Shown: positions 17,649 through 27,441, counted from the stretch's first letter. The stretch is DNA of 64,000 nucleotides from Jatrophihabitans sp. (GCF_036389215.1 NZ_DASVQG010000144.1:4300-68299), one strand, 5' to 3'. Program-made: numbers and translations. Notes: generated by a model from the sequence alone, not told the origin.

Positions 17649-18599
17649 TCAACCGACCACCGGCCGCAGCCACCCCACCGGGTGCCCGCCACCGAGCACC
17701 GGCCGGGTGCCGAGCTCGTCCAGGGCGGCTCCGCCGACACCGAGCTGGCGCAGGCCGATGACTACGGCCAGCTCCGCCGCCCGGGCGGCGCCGTCGTCGA
17801 TCTTGAGCGCCACCGCTGCGCCGTCGGGCAGCGCCGCGACGAAGACTCCCTCCGCGCCGTCCTTGGCGATCAGGCCGGGGACGGCCTGCATCAGCCGGGT
17901 CACGCTCCGCCCGGTGCCGCCCAGCAGTTCGGGGTGGCCGCGCATCGCCTCCGAGAGCCGGCGCAGTTCGGCCGTACCGGTGGCGATCCGGCTGAACGCG
18001 CCGGCGAGGGCGGTCAGGCTGGTGGCGAACAGTGGCGCGCCGCAGCCGTCCACACCGGTCGCGGCGATCGGCTCACCGGTCAGTTCGGCGACGGTGCCGG
18101 CCAGCAGTTGCTGTAAGGGATGGGCCGGGGCCAGGTAGCCCGATACCGGCCAGCCGTTGTGCAGGCAGGCCAGCAGCATCCCGGCGTGCTTGCCGGAACA
18201 GTTCATCGCCAGCCTGGACTCGGCGTGCCCTGCCGTCAGGTAGGCGCGGCGCTCGGCCTCGCCCAGCGGCAGGTCCGGCGGGCACTCCAGGTCGTCCTCG
18301 GTCAGCCCGGCAGCCTGCAACTCGTTCGCGATCAGCTGCAGGTGCTGAGGCGATCCGGAGTGCGAGGACGCCGCCAGCGCCAGCTCGAGAGGCCCGAAGT
18401 CGACTCCGGCGCGCAGCATTCCGACTGCCTGCAGCGGCTTGAGCGAGGATCGGCCGTAGACCGGCTGGGCCGGATCGCCGGCGGCGAACCGGACCCGGCC
18501 ATCGGGGGCCAGCACGACGAGGTGGCCGGTGTGCACCGACTCCACCACGCCACTGCGCTCGAGCTCTATCAGGGGCACGCCGGTGCGGAGTCTGATCAC
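17649..18599 (-). CDS. L-asparaginase II family protein
   Basis: ERSGVVESVHTG, RSSLKPLQA, ASSHSG, MNCSGKHAGML, GVDGCGAP, KDGAEGV motifs. Confidence 0.92.
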   Translation of the reverse strand: MIRLRTGVPLIELERSGVVESVHTGHLVVLAPDGRVRFAAGDPAQPVYGRSSLKPLQAVGMLRAGVDFGPLELALAASSHSGSPQHLQLIANELQAAGLTEDDLECPPDLPLGEAERRAYLTAGHAESRLAMNCSGKHAGMLLACLHNGWPVSGYLAPAHPLQQLLAGTVAELTGEPIAATGVDGCGAPLFATSLTALAGAFSRIATGTAELRRLSEAMRGHPELLGGTGRSVTRLMQAVPGLIAKDGAEGVFVAALPDGAAVALKIDDGAARAAELAVVIGLRQLGVGGAALDELGTRPVLGGGHPVGWLRPVVG

Positions 18600-18627
18600 G
18601 CCCCGATTGTGGCCGACTCCGCCCCGA

Positions 18628-19608
18628 TCAGCGCACCGGGCGCATGCCCAGCAGTCTCAACTCGCCGAGGTCCGGGCCGTCCTTCTCGACCACCGCGGTG
18701 ATCCAGCCGCCGTCGCGACCGTGCTGGCGCAGCGCCTCGGCGTCGACGGGCAGGTCGACCGGGCCGAACTCGCGATGTTCCCACTCCATCCGCGCCCGGT
18801 GGCCGGCCTCGGCCAACGACCGCACAGAGCCGCCACCGGCCAGGACGTCGCGGCTGGAGGTCAGCCAGGCGATGGCATCGTCGAGCGCGGCGACCAGGCC
18901 GGGGTTGCCGTCGCACCAGGTGGCGACCAGGTCCGGCCGGGTCCGGGCGACCCGGCTGCCGGAGGTGTAGGAGCCCGCGGCCAGCGAAAGGCCCAGCTCG
19001 CCGCCGCGCAGGCCGGTCAGCGCCAGGGCCTCGGCCAGCATGTGGGGCAGGCCGATCACCCTCGCGATGGCGACATCCTGTTCGACCGCGGTGGTCGGCA
19101 CCGGCCTGGCACCGAGGTCACACAGCAACACCGCCAGCGACAGCCACGCCTGCAGGTCGGTGTCGGGTTCCAGGGCCAGTGCCCAGGGCGCGTCCCGGAA
19201 CAGCAACGGGTGGCCGGCCAGGAAGCCGGACTCCTCGGTCCCGGCCAGCGGGTGCCCGCCGACGAATCGGGCGCCCGGCAGGCGCCTGCGCACCGCCTGC
19301 AGCACCGGCACCTTCAGGGTGCCGACGTCGGTGAGGACGGTGTTCGGGGCAACCCAGGGGCCGATCTCGACCAGGGCGGCCTCCAGGCGCGGCAGCGGCA
19401 TCGCCAGCACGATCAGGTCAGCACCGGCCACGGCCTCCGGCGCGCTGGCGGCCACGGTGTAGCCGGCGCCCCGGGCGGCGCTCGCTTCGGCCGGGGCGGG
19501 GTCGTATCCGCTGACCACGTACCCGCCCCGCGCGAGCGCTCGAAGGATGGAACCGCCGATCAGGCCGAGCCCCAGCACGGCGATGCGGTCGAACGAATCT
19601 GGCACCAT
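18628..19608 (-). CDS. tyrA: Prephenate dehydrogenase
   Basis: GLGLIGGS Rossmann motif, TDVGTLK, FVGGHPLAGTEESG. Confidence 0.9.
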   Translation of the reverse strand: MVPDSFDRIAVLGLGLIGGSILRALARGGYVVSGYDPAPAEASAARGAGYTVAASAPEAVAGADLIVLAMPLPRLEAALVEIGPWVAPNTVLTDVGTLKVPVLQAVRRRLPGARFVGGHPLAGTEESGFLAGHPLLFRDAPWALALEPDTDLQAWLSLAVLLCDLGARPVPTTAVEQDVAIARVIGLPHMLAEALALTGLRGGELGLSLAAGSYTSGSRVARTRPDLVATWCDGNPGLVAALDDAIAWLTSSRDVLAGGGSVRSLAEAGHRARMEWEHREFGPVDLPVDAEALRQHGRDGGWITAVVEKDGPDLGELRLLGMRPVR

Positions 19609-19861
19609 TCGAACGTATAACCGGCAGCGGTCGGATAGTTACCGTTGGTAGCGCAGCGTAACCGTACCGATGCCAGGCCGACACCCGATAGGAACGAACC
19701 GGCCGCCGGGTGATCTACCCGCCGTCGGGGACCGCCCGGCCGTACCCGGGCGGCCGTGGGCTTTGTTGCGCACCCGATCCGTGCCAGGATCTTCCAAGGT
19801 CAGTTCGCTACTACGTCGGCTCGACACCGTTTGGTACAAAAGCGTGCGGAGGGGCTGGGTC

Positions 19862-20347
19862 ATGGGAGAAGGCAGTTACGCCGTAGCGGCATTCCGCGAG
19901 GGTGGGGTGTGGCGCTGCGACGCACTTCCCTCGGCCGTCCTGGGTGATCTGAGCGTGCTGCTGTCGGCACTGCGCAGCCAGCCTCCCGAGGGCGGCCCGT
20001 TCGTGGTCGCCAACGTCGATGACGAGTTCTTCCTGATCGCCCGCTCGCACGGGCCCCGGATCGATCTGCTGCTGTCGGACCTGACCGCCTCGGTCGAGTT
20101 CCCGCTCGCAGCCCAGGTGCTCAGCCGGCTGGGCGAGGACCCGCCGGAGGACGACGAGCTCGACGAGGTCTGGCCGATCGGCGAGCTGGACCTGTTCAGC
20201 GACCTGGAACTGGGTGAGGACGAGATGGAATCGATTCTCGACGACCTGGACGCCTATCCCGAAGACATGCTTGACGCCGTGATCCGCCGGATCGGGTTGG
20301 AGGACGAATTCCGCAGGGCTCGCTCGGCCGGACGGGTGGCACTGTGA
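19862..20347 (+). CDS. tRNA adenosine deaminase-associated protein (paralog 1)
   Basis: Likely start ATG 19862; very acidic, VDDEFFLIAR, LLLSDLTA, WPIGELDLFSDL; upstream of tadA. Confidence 0.8.
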   Translation: MGEGSYAVAAFREGGVWRCDALPSAVLGDLSVLLSALRSQPPEGGPFVVANVDDEFFLIARSHGPRIDLLLSDLTASVEFPLAAQVLSRLGEDPPEDDELDEVWPIGELDLFSDLELGEDEMESILDDLDAYPEDMLDAVIRRIGLEDEFRRARSAGRVAL

Positions 20348-20853
20348 GCTACTTCGCGCTCGCCCTGCTGGCCAAGGACCAGGCGCGGTCCGGGTGGCTG
20401 CTGGAAGAGGTCGACCTCGACGGGTGCGAGTCGATCGACGACGTCTGCGACGTGTTGCGTGACTTCGAGCATCCGGTGCGGCTGCTGGCACTGGAGCAGG
20501 ACGACGAGTACGCCGTGCTCGCCAGGTTGGATGTTGCCGCTGACCGTGCCGCGGAGCCGATCCGGGTCTTCCTGTCCAATGGCCACGCCGCCGATGACTA
20601 CCCGCTGGCGCAGCTGTTCGCCGACGGGCTGCCCGAGGTGGGTGGCGATCCGCTGGACGGTGACGAGGACGCCCCGACCGGTGTGCACGACGCCGCGCCG
20701 TTCGGAGATCCGCAGGTGTTGGCCGACCTCGGGGTGCCCTCGGCCGAGCTGATCGAGCTGGCGGTGCACGAGGGCACCCTGCCGGCGGACCTGATCGAGA
20801 CGGTGTGCGAGCGGCTGGGCTGCCTGAGCGAGTTCGAGGCCGTCCGCGGGTGA
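20344..20853 (+). CDS. tRNA adenosine deaminase-associated protein (paralog 2)
   Basis: MSYFALAL.., EQDDEYAVLAR, VFLSN, PFGDPQVLADLGV; same acidic pattern; 4-bp overlap with paralog 1. Confidence 0.75.
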   Translation: MSYFALALLAKDQARSGWLLEEVDLDGCESIDDVCDVLRDFEHPVRLLALEQDDEYAVLARLDVAADRAAEPIRVFLSNGHAADDYPLAQLFADGLPEVGGDPLDGDEDAPTGVHDAAPFGDPQVLADLGVPSAELIELAVHEGTLPADLIETVCERLGCLSEFEAVRG

Positions 20854-20863
20854 GCTGGGCCGG

Positions 20864-21328
20864 TTGAGCGCACCCGAGACCGACTATCACGAGGCGATGG
20901 GCGTCGCCCTGCTCGAGGCCGGGTCGGCGCTGGCAGCGGGCGATGTGCCGGTCGGGGCGGTGGTCCTGTCTGCCGAGGGCACGGTGCTGGCCACCGGGCA
21001 CAACCTGCGCCGGGCGAGCGCGGACCCCACGGCCCACGCCGAGGTACTGGCGCTGCGGCGGGCCGGTGAGGTGTTGGGGGACTGGCAGCTGACCGGGTGC
21101 ACCCTGGTGGTGACCCTGGAGCCGTGCACGATGTGCGCGGGTGCCGTGGTGCTGGCGCGGATCCGGCGGCTGGTGTTCGGCGCCTGGGACGACAAGGCAG
21201 GCGCGGTGGGCTCGCTGTGGGACGTGGTACGCGATCGGCGGCTCAACCACCGCCCGGAGGTGGTGGCCGGCATCCGGCAGGACGAGTGCGCCCAGTTGCT
21301 GACCCGCTTCTTCGCCGACCGCCGGTGA
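20864..21328 (+). CDS. tadA: tRNA adenosine(34) deaminase
   Basis: PVGAVV, PTAHAE, TLEPCTMCAGA Zn-binding motifs. Confidence 0.95.
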   Translation: MSAPETDYHEAMGVALLEAGSALAAGDVPVGAVVLSAEGTVLATGHNLRRASADPTAHAEVLALRRAGEVLGDWQLTGCTLVVTLEPCTMCAGAVVLARIRRLVFGAWDDKAGAVGSLWDVVRDRRLNHRPEVVAGIRQDECAQLLTRFFADRR

Positions 21329-21344
21329 CTGTATTGTCGTCGGC

Positions 21345-21432
21345 GGTGGCGTGTCCGAGCGGCCGAAGGAGCACGCCTCGAAAGCGTGTGAGGTGAAAGC
21401 CTCCGTGGGTTCAAATCCCACCGCCACCGCCA
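21345..21432 (+). tRNA. tRNA-Ser(CGA)
   Basis: GGTGGCGTGTCCGAGCGGCCGAAGGAGCACGCCTCGAAAGCGTGTGAGGTGAAAGCCTCCGTGGGTTCAAATCCCACCGCCACCGCCA; long variable arm, encoded CCA. Confidence 0.97.
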
Positions 21433-21817
21433 TCGATCACCTGTGATGACCACGTGCGTGATGACCACCGTGCCGCTCAGCACCGTGGTCCTGCGTCAAG
21501 CACGAGATAGGGCCGGCCGGAGTGGAGTCAGGTATCGCTGCCGACAATTCGCCAGCGTAAAGTTTCATTCCTAAACTAAGCACCGCATCGAACCGGAATG
21601 ATCTGTCTGATCGGGGAACGTGTGTGACACGCCGCGGAATCGCCACAAACAGCCAAGAAACCGTCCGGTCGACATTCAGGTTAGTGGGCAGAACGCTCAC
21701 GAACGACGGGGCCGGCTCTGGTAAGCAGCGCCTGGAGTGTCAAAGTTGGCGCGGCGCTGCAGGAGTTGACCTGACTCCGCGCGCCGCTGGGTGAAGAGTA
21801 GCGTGACCTCTACCCAA

Positions 21818-21843
21818 AAGTAAACCGACCAGCCGGTCTTTTA
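21818..21843 (+). promoter_or_regulatory. ARE-like operator (gamma-butyrolactone receptor site) upstream of the scbR-like gene
   Basis: AAGTAAACCGACCAGCCGGTCTTTTA closely fits the ARE consensus (..AWACNNACYNNNCGGTTTK.., from memory); -10-like TACACT at 21905-21910. Confidence 0.65.
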
Positions 21844-21936
21844 TCAGCCCGACTCCTGTCAATCCAGGCAAACCGGGGGAAGCAGCGGCTGAAGCCGGGG
21901 CGGATACACTTCACGACTTTCAAGATCAAGGAGAAT

Positions 21937-22617
21937 GTGCCGGTGGCGATGCAGCAGCGAGCGGTCCTGACTCGCGGACGGGTCCTGATCGCCGCTGCGG
22001 AGGTTTTCGCTCGGACCGGTTTCCTGGCAGCCAGCATGAACGACATCGTGGAAGCCGCCGGGGTCACCAAGGGCGCCGTGTACTTCCACTTCCCCAGCAA
22101 AGAGGCGCTCGCCGTCGCGGTCGTCGAGGAGCAGTTCGCACAGTGGCCGCCCTTGGTGGCCGGGATCATCGAGCACTCACCCGACGCGCTGACCAGCATC
22201 GTCGCGCTGACCTATGAGGTGGGCAGCAGGTTCCGGGACGACGTCCTGATCACGGCCGGCGTCCGGCTGTCCTTCGAACGGGAGCTGGTGCATGCCGCAA
22301 TGCCCACGCCGTTCGTGGGGTGGGTCGCCATCCTGCAGGATCTGTTCAGCCAGGCCCGACGCGAGGGCCACCTGCGGGCCGGGCTGGTGCCGGCCGCTAC
22401 CGCCCGGGCACTGGTCGGTGGCTTCTTCGGCATCCAGCACGTGTCGGAGGTGTTGACGAACCGGGTGGATCTGGAATCCCGGCTCGACGAGTTCTGGAAG
22501 GTCTTTCTGGTCGGGGTGGCCGCCGAGCCTGATTGGGCAGGCACCCAGCGCGCGGTGCGGCGGGTTCGGGCCACGGTTCGCCGGACACCGAGCGCGGCGG
22601 AGCCCGAGTTCGAGTAG
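21937..22617 (+). CDS. ScbR/ArpA-family autoregulator-binding TetR regulator
   Basis: MQQRAVLTRGRVLIAAAEVF..GVTKGAVYFHFPSKEALA; GVRLSFE, PFVGW, VGGFFGIQ, DLESRLDEFW. Confidence 0.9.
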   Translation: MPVAMQQRAVLTRGRVLIAAAEVFARTGFLAASMNDIVEAAGVTKGAVYFHFPSKEALAVAVVEEQFAQWPPLVAGIIEHSPDALTSIVALTYEVGSRFRDDVLITAGVRLSFERELVHAAMPTPFVGWVAILQDLFSQARREGHLRAGLVPAATARALVGGFFGIQHVSEVLTNRVDLESRLDEFWKVFLVGVAAEPDWAGTQRAVRRVRATVRRTPSAAEPEFE

Positions 22618-22660
22618 ACCGCTGGGTCCGGCTGTTCCGCCCGCGGGGCGACATGCAGGC

Positions 22661-23581
22661 TCAGGGTGCCGTTCGCAGGAACCCCGATGCGGTATCACGG
22701 CCTCGCTGTTGCACCACGAACTCGGTGGTGTCACTGGAGATCCGCCGCAGCACGATGTCAGTCTCCGGGCCCAGTTCGGTGAACGCCGAGCAGTCCAGCA
22801 TGCAGCCGATCAGCCGGGCTCCGTCGCCCCGCTGCTCCGTCACGGCCTGCCAGGCGGCGTCGATGATCAGCATGCCGGGCGCGTGATCCAACGGGTGGTC
22901 GAAGTAGACCGGGTGATCCAGGGGCACGACCAGCCGTCGCCGGCTACCCGGCCGCGTTTCGGGGCTGAGCAGGACGTCCTCAGCGGCCCGAACCGAGGAG
23001 GCCCTTCGCGCTGGGATGGCGTTGCGCCACCGCAGTTCCTCCCAGTTGAGCCTGATTCCGCTGCGAGCTCGCAGGGCGGCGTAACTCTGCGCCGAGATCC
23101 ACCGGACGGTCCCCCGCCCGGTGGCAAAGGGCAGCCCATCGGCGGCGAAGGACAGCTCGATGGTCATACCGCGCAGCCGCCCGGTCCGCATGATCAGGTC
23201 CCGGCAATCGACGGTGATGGCGATGTTGGTCGCCGACCGAAGCGCTCGCGGTTCGCAGCGCTGATCAAGGACGAAACTGACATCTCGCATCACCGACTGC
23301 TGGTCGAAGCCGACATCGAAGGCGAAGTGCGAGACGGCCAGACCGGTCTGCCTGATCGATTCCAGGATCAGCATCGGATCATGGCGCCCCTCGTGGTCCG
23401 GGCGGTACACCCGATGGGATCGGGGCCACTGGGCCGCTACCAGCAGTTGCGTCTCGCCCAGCCTGATGAGGTCGGTGAGCAGCACCTCCGCGATCGAATC
23501 CCGGTGCACCAGGGCGCGGTTCACGGTGTGTTCCCATTGCAGGGTTCTGTGGGTCTGCAGAGCCGTATCGGTCGTAAGCAA
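22661..23581 (-). CDS. ScbA/AfsA/BarX-family gamma-butyrolactone biosynthesis protein
   Basis: Likely TTG start at 23581 with GGAGG RBS; LVHRDSIAEVLLTD, AQWPRSH, DPMLILESIRQ, FDHPLDHAPGML (two hotdog-fold halves). Confidence 0.9.
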   Translation of the reverse strand: MLTTDTALQTHRTLQWEHTVNRALVHRDSIAEVLLTDLIRLGETQLLVAAQWPRSHRVYRPDHEGRHDPMLILESIRQTGLAVSHFAFDVGFDQQSVMRDVSFVLDQRCEPRALRSATNIAITVDCRDLIMRTGRLRGMTIELSFAADGLPFATGRGTVRWISAQSYAALRARSGIRLNWEELRWRNAIPARRASSVRAAEDVLLSPETRPGSRRRLVVPLDHPVYFDHPLDHAPGMLIIDAAWQAVTEQRGDGARLIGCMLDCSAFTELGPETDIVLRRISSDTTEFVVQQRGRDTASGFLRTAP

Positions 23582-23658
23582 CGAACCTCCCCCGGTTAGC
23601 AGATGGTTGTTTGACGGTCGTAACCGCTGGTAATTATCTGCAGACCACTTTACGCCGG

Positions 23659-23680
23659 TTAAACATAAAGCTGTGTATAT
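23659..23680. promoter_or_regulatory. Candidate ARE-like site in the afsA/scbA-like promoter
   Basis: TTAAACATAAAGCTGTGTATAT = AAAC-N10-GTAT in an AT-rich stretch about 80 bp upstream of the start. Confidence 0.35.
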
Positions 23681-23879
23681 CAAGGTTTTGCGCGGCCAAT
23701 CTGCTGCCCAATCCTGCTTTTATTACGGGCAAAGCGTTCTAAATACCCAGGCGTACTCGGCGGCACGCTATGCGGATGAGCCGCGGACGGCCGCCTGCTA
23801 TGGATAACGCCCAGGTACCTTGCAGGAATCGGCTCGCTCGGTTCAGATTTGACCGCGGCGACAGCGAGGGAGAGTTGCC

Positions 23880-24932
23880 ATGGCCGCCAGCATGAAAGAC
23901 GTGGCACGGCTGGCCGGCGTATCGATCAAGACCGTGTCCAACGTCGTCAACGACTACCCGTTCGTCAGCGCCGACACCAGATCGCGGGTGCGGGCGGCAC
24001 TGGACACGCTCGATTACCGGCCCAACACCTCAGCCCGGGGCTTGCGTACCGGCCGGACGGACCTCATCGCGCTGGCGATTCCGGCCCTGGACGAGCCGTA
24101 CTTCGCCGAAATGGCCAGCCTGATCGTGGACGCGGCCGAGCAGCGCGGTTGGACGGTGTTGATCGACCCGACCGGCGGCGACCGCAGTCGGGAGAAACTG
24201 GCAGCCGGCGGCTCCCGCTCCAACCGGATCGACGGGTCGATCACCAGCCCGTTGGCGCTGACCGGAAACGATGTCGCCGGGCTGGCGCGGCAGCGGCCGA
24301 TGGTGCTGCTCGGTGAGCGGTTCGCCAATGCCACCACCGACCACGTCGCGATCGACAGCGTGCGGGCGGCGCACGAGGCGACCCGGCACCTGATCGACCT
24401 GGGCCGGCGGCGGATCGCCTTCCTCGGGGCGCACACCCGGATGCGCACGGCCGTGGTCCGGTTGTCGGGCTACCAGGCCGCCCTGGCCGAGGCGGGCCGG
24501 CACCTGGACCAGGACTTGATCGTCCGGGCCAGTCCGTTCGGCCGTGCCCAGGGCGCGGCGGCGATGGCCCGGCTGCTCACCGCGAGGAAGCCGCCGGATG
24601 CGGTGTTCTGCGTCAATGACCTGCTGGCCATAGGCGCCATCCGGATGCTGCTGTCCAGCGGGCTGCGAGTACCCGAAGACGTCGCGGTCGTCGGCTTCGA
24701 CGACATCGAGGAGGCCAGGTTCAGCACCCCCAACCTGACCAGCATCGCGCCGGACAAGCGGGAGATCGCCGAGGTGTCGGTCGATCTGCTGTGCCGCCGG
24801 ATCCGCGACGGTGCGACCGGGCCGCCGGTGGACGTGGTCGCCGGGCATCGCCTGCAGGTGCGGGAATCAACCACCGGCACCGCCCCGCTCACCACCGGCA
24901 CCGCCCCGCTCACCAGCGGTCCACCCGGGTGA
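23880..24932 (+). CDS. LacI-family transcriptional regulator
   Basis: MKDVARLAGVSIKTVSNVVN HTH; periplasmic-binding-like domain; VGFDDIEEA. Confidence 0.95.
   Translation: MAASMKDVARLAGVSIKTVSNVVNDYPFVSADTRSRVRAALDTLDYRPNTSARGLRTGRTDLIALAIPALDEPYFAEMASLIVDAAEQRGWTVLIDPTGGDRSREKLAAGGSRSNRIDGSITSPLALTGNDVAGLARQRPMVLLGERFANATTDHVAIDSVRAAHEATRHLIDLGRRRIAFLGAHTRMRTAVVRLSGYQAALAEAGRHLDQDLIVRASPFGRAQGAAAMARLLTARKPPDAVFCVNDLLAIGAIRMLLSSGLRVPEDVAVVGFDDIEEARFSTPNLTSIAPDKREIAEVSVDLLCRRIRDGATGPPVDVVAGHRLQVRESTTGTAPLTTGTAPLTSGPPG
24870..24915 (+). repeat. 21-bp tandem duplication at the LacI 3' end (TTGTAPL x2)
   Basis: ACCACCGGCACCGCCCCGCTC twice. Confidence 0.9.
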
Positions 24933-27441
24933 TCCGCAGCACCGCCTCGCCGGCCTCGTCGCTGGCGGCGAGGTCGACCTCGGCGCTGATCCCCCAGTCA
25001 TGGTCGGCATTCGGATCCTGGAAGGTCTGCCGGACCAGCCAGCGCCCTGGCTCGACAGTGACTCCGAACAGGCCCGGGCCGCGGGCATCCTGGCCGGTGC
25101 CGATCCGGTCGTACTCGCTGAAGTACTCCTCCAGTGCGTCCTGCCAGGCCTCGGCATCCCAGCCCGCGCCGGCATCCAGTTCGGCCAGTTCGGCGTAGCG
25201 GCGTCGGGCGGCCAGCTCGACCCGGCGAAACATGGCGTTGCGCACCAGCACCGTGAATGCTCGGGTATTGGCGGTCAGCGGCCGGGTCGGCGCCGTCAGC
25301 ACACCGGCGGCCTCGGTGGCCGCCATCGGGTTGGTCAGCTCCTCCCATTCGTCGAGCAGGCTCGAGTCCACCTGGTGCACCAGCTCACCCAGCCAGCTGG
25401 TCAGGTCCTCGACCGCCTCGGTCCGGGCAGCGTGCGGAACGCCGGCTCGCAGGGCTCGATAGGCGTCACTGAGGTAGCGCAGCACCAGGCCCTCGGAGCG
25501 GGTCAGGCCGTAATAGGAGACGTACTCGGAGAAGCTCATGGCGCGTTCCCACAGATCGCGCACCACCGACTTCGGGGAGAGCTGATGGTCGATCAACCAG
25601 GGATGGCCCTTCAGGTACATCTGGTAGGCGGCCTCCAGCAGCTCCGCCAGCGGGCGGGGGTGGGTCACCTCCTCCAGCAGGACCATCCGCTCCTCGTACT
25701 CCACGCCCTCGGCCTTGAGCTGGGCGACCACTTCGCCTCGGGCCTTGGACTGCTGGGCGTACAGCACCTGTCGCGGGTCTTCCAGCGTCGCCTCGATCAC
25801 CGACAGCACATCCAGGGCGAAGGTGTCGGAGTCGACGTCGAGCAGTTCGATGGCGGCCAGGGCGAAGGTGGACAGCGGTTGGTTCAGCGCGAAGTTCGGC
25901 GGCAGGTCGACCGTGAGCCGGACCGTCCGGCCGGTGTCGTCGGGCGCTTCCAGCCGCTCGATCACCCCGGCCCGCAGCAGCGACCGGTAGGCCTGGATCG
26001 CTGCCCGGACGTGCCGTCGTTGGGCCGTCCGCGGCTCGTGGTTGTCCAGCAGCAGTGACCGCATCGCGGCAACGGGGTCGCCGGGGCGGGCGATGACGTT
26101 CAGCAGCATCGAGTGCGAGACCTGGAAGTGCGAGCTCAGCGATTCCGGCTCGGCGGCGATCAGCCGATCGTGGGTCGCCTTCGACCAGGACACGAACCCC
26201 TCCGGCGCCTTCTTGCGCTGCACCCGGCGGCGTTTCTTCTCATCATCGCCTGCCTTTGCCAGCAACCTGGCGTTCTCGACCTCGTGCTCGGGCGCCTGCA
26301 CCACCACCGTTCCGGCGGTGTCATAGCCGGCCCGGCCGGCCCGGCCGGCGATCTGGTGGAACTCCCGGGCCTGCAGCTGCCGGCTCCGGCGGCCGTCGTA
26401 CTTGCTCAGCGAGGTGAGCACCACGGTGCGGATCGGAACGTTGATGCCGACCCCGAGGGTGTCGGTGCCACAGATGACCTTGAGCAACCCCGCCTGGGCC
26501 AGCTGCTCGACCAGCCGCCGGTACCTGGGCAGCATGCCGGCATGGTGCACCCCGATGCCATGGCGCACCAGCCGGGACAGCGTCTTGCCGAAGCCGGAGC
26601 TGAACCGGAAGTTCCCGATCGCGGCGGCGATCAGGTCCTTCTCCGCGCGGGTGCAGACATTGATGCTGGTCAGCGCCTGGGCCTGTTCCAGCGCCGAGGC
26701 CTGGGTGAAGTGCACGATGTAGACGGGGGATTGCCGAGTGCCGAGCAACTCGGTGATCGTCTCGTGCAGCGGGGTGGTGACGTAGTAGTGAAACAGCGGC
26801 ACCGGGCGCTGTGCCGAACTCACCACCGCGGTGGGCCGTCCGGTGCGCCGGCTGAGATCTTCGGAGAAGAAGCTGACCGATCCCAGGGTCGCCGACATCA
26901 GCAGGAACTGCGCCCGGTGCAGTTCCAGCAGTGGAACCTGCCAGGCCCAGCCCCGGTCGGAGTCGCCGTAGTAGTGGAACTCGTCCATCACCACCAGGCC
27001 GATGTCGGCCACGCTGCCCATCCGCAGGGCCAGGTTGGCCAGCACCTCGGCGGTGCAGCAGATGATCTCGGCCTGGCCGTTGACGCTGGCATCGCCGGTC
27101 ATCATGCCGACCCGGGAGGAGCCGAAGATATCGCACAGCGCGAAGAACTTCTCGCTCACCAGCGCCTTGATCGGGGCGGTGTAGAAGCTGCGCCGGTTGT
27201 TGAGGAGCGCAGCCAGGTGGGCTCCGGTGGCGACCAGCGACTTGCCCGAACCGGTGGGCGTGGACAGGATCACGTTGGATCCCGACAGCAGCTCGATCAG
27301 AGCCTCGGACTGGGCCGGGTACAGCTCGAGCCCCTGCCCCGCGGCCCAGCCGGTGAACACGTCGTACACAGCGTCGGGATCGGCGCCGGTCAAGGCGCCG
27401 GAGTCCAGCAACGCGGCCAGCGACTGCCCGGGTGGCGTCAT
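24910..27441 (-). CDS. DEAD/DEAH-box (Ski2/HelY-like) RNA helicase with DUF3516-type C-terminus
   Basis: Start ATG 27441 overlaps the upstream stop; TPTGSGKS, MDEFHY, GVHHAG, TDTLGVGINVP, QIAGRAGR. Confidence 0.93.
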   Translation of the reverse strand: MTPPGQSLAALLDSGALTGADPDAVYDVFTGWAAGQGLELYPAQSEALIELLSGSNVILSTPTGSGKSLVATGAHLAALLNNRRSFYTAPIKALVSEKFFALCDIFGSSRVGMMTGDASVNGQAEIICCTAEVLANLALRMGSVADIGLVVMDEFHYYGDSDRGWAWQVPLLELHRAQFLLMSATLGSVSFFSEDLSRRTGRPTAVVSSAQRPVPLFHYYVTTPLHETITELLGTRQSPVYIVHFTQASALEQAQALTSINVCTRAEKDLIAAAIGNFRFSSGFGKTLSRLVRHGIGVHHAGMLPRYRRLVEQLAQAGLLKVICGTDTLGVGINVPIRTVVLTSLSKYDGRRSRQLQAREFHQIAGRAGRAGYDTAGTVVVQAPEHEVENARLLAKAGDDEKKRRRVQRKKAPEGFVSWSKATHDRLIAAEPESLSSHFQVSHSMLLNVIARPGDPVAAMRSLLLDNHEPRTAQRRHVRAAIQAYRSLLRAGVIERLEAPDDTGRTVRLTVDLPPNFALNQPLSTFALAAIELLDVDSDTFALDVLSVIEATLEDPRQVLYAQQSKARGEVVAQLKAEGVEYEERMVLLEEVTHPRPLAELLEAAYQMYLKGHPWLIDHQLSPKSVVRDLWERAMSFSEYVSYYGLTRSEGLVLRYLSDAYRALRAGVPHAARTEAVEDLTSWLGELVHQVDSSLLDEWEELTNPMAATEAAGVLTAPTRPLTANTRAFTVLVRNAMFRRVELAARRRYAELAELDAGAGWDAEAWQDALEEYFSEYDRIGTGQDARGPGLFGVTVEPGRWLVRQTFQDPNADHDWGISAEVDLAASDEAGEAVLRITRVDRW

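Noticed and set aside
19811-21433. 540-aa minus-strand ORF starting MAVAVGFEPTEAF
   Set aside because: Antisense reading of tRNA-Ser(CGA), tadA and its neighbours.
21433-21817. Integrase or att duplication after tRNA-Ser(CGA)
   Set aside because: No integrase ORF and no repeated tRNA 3' end found by eye.
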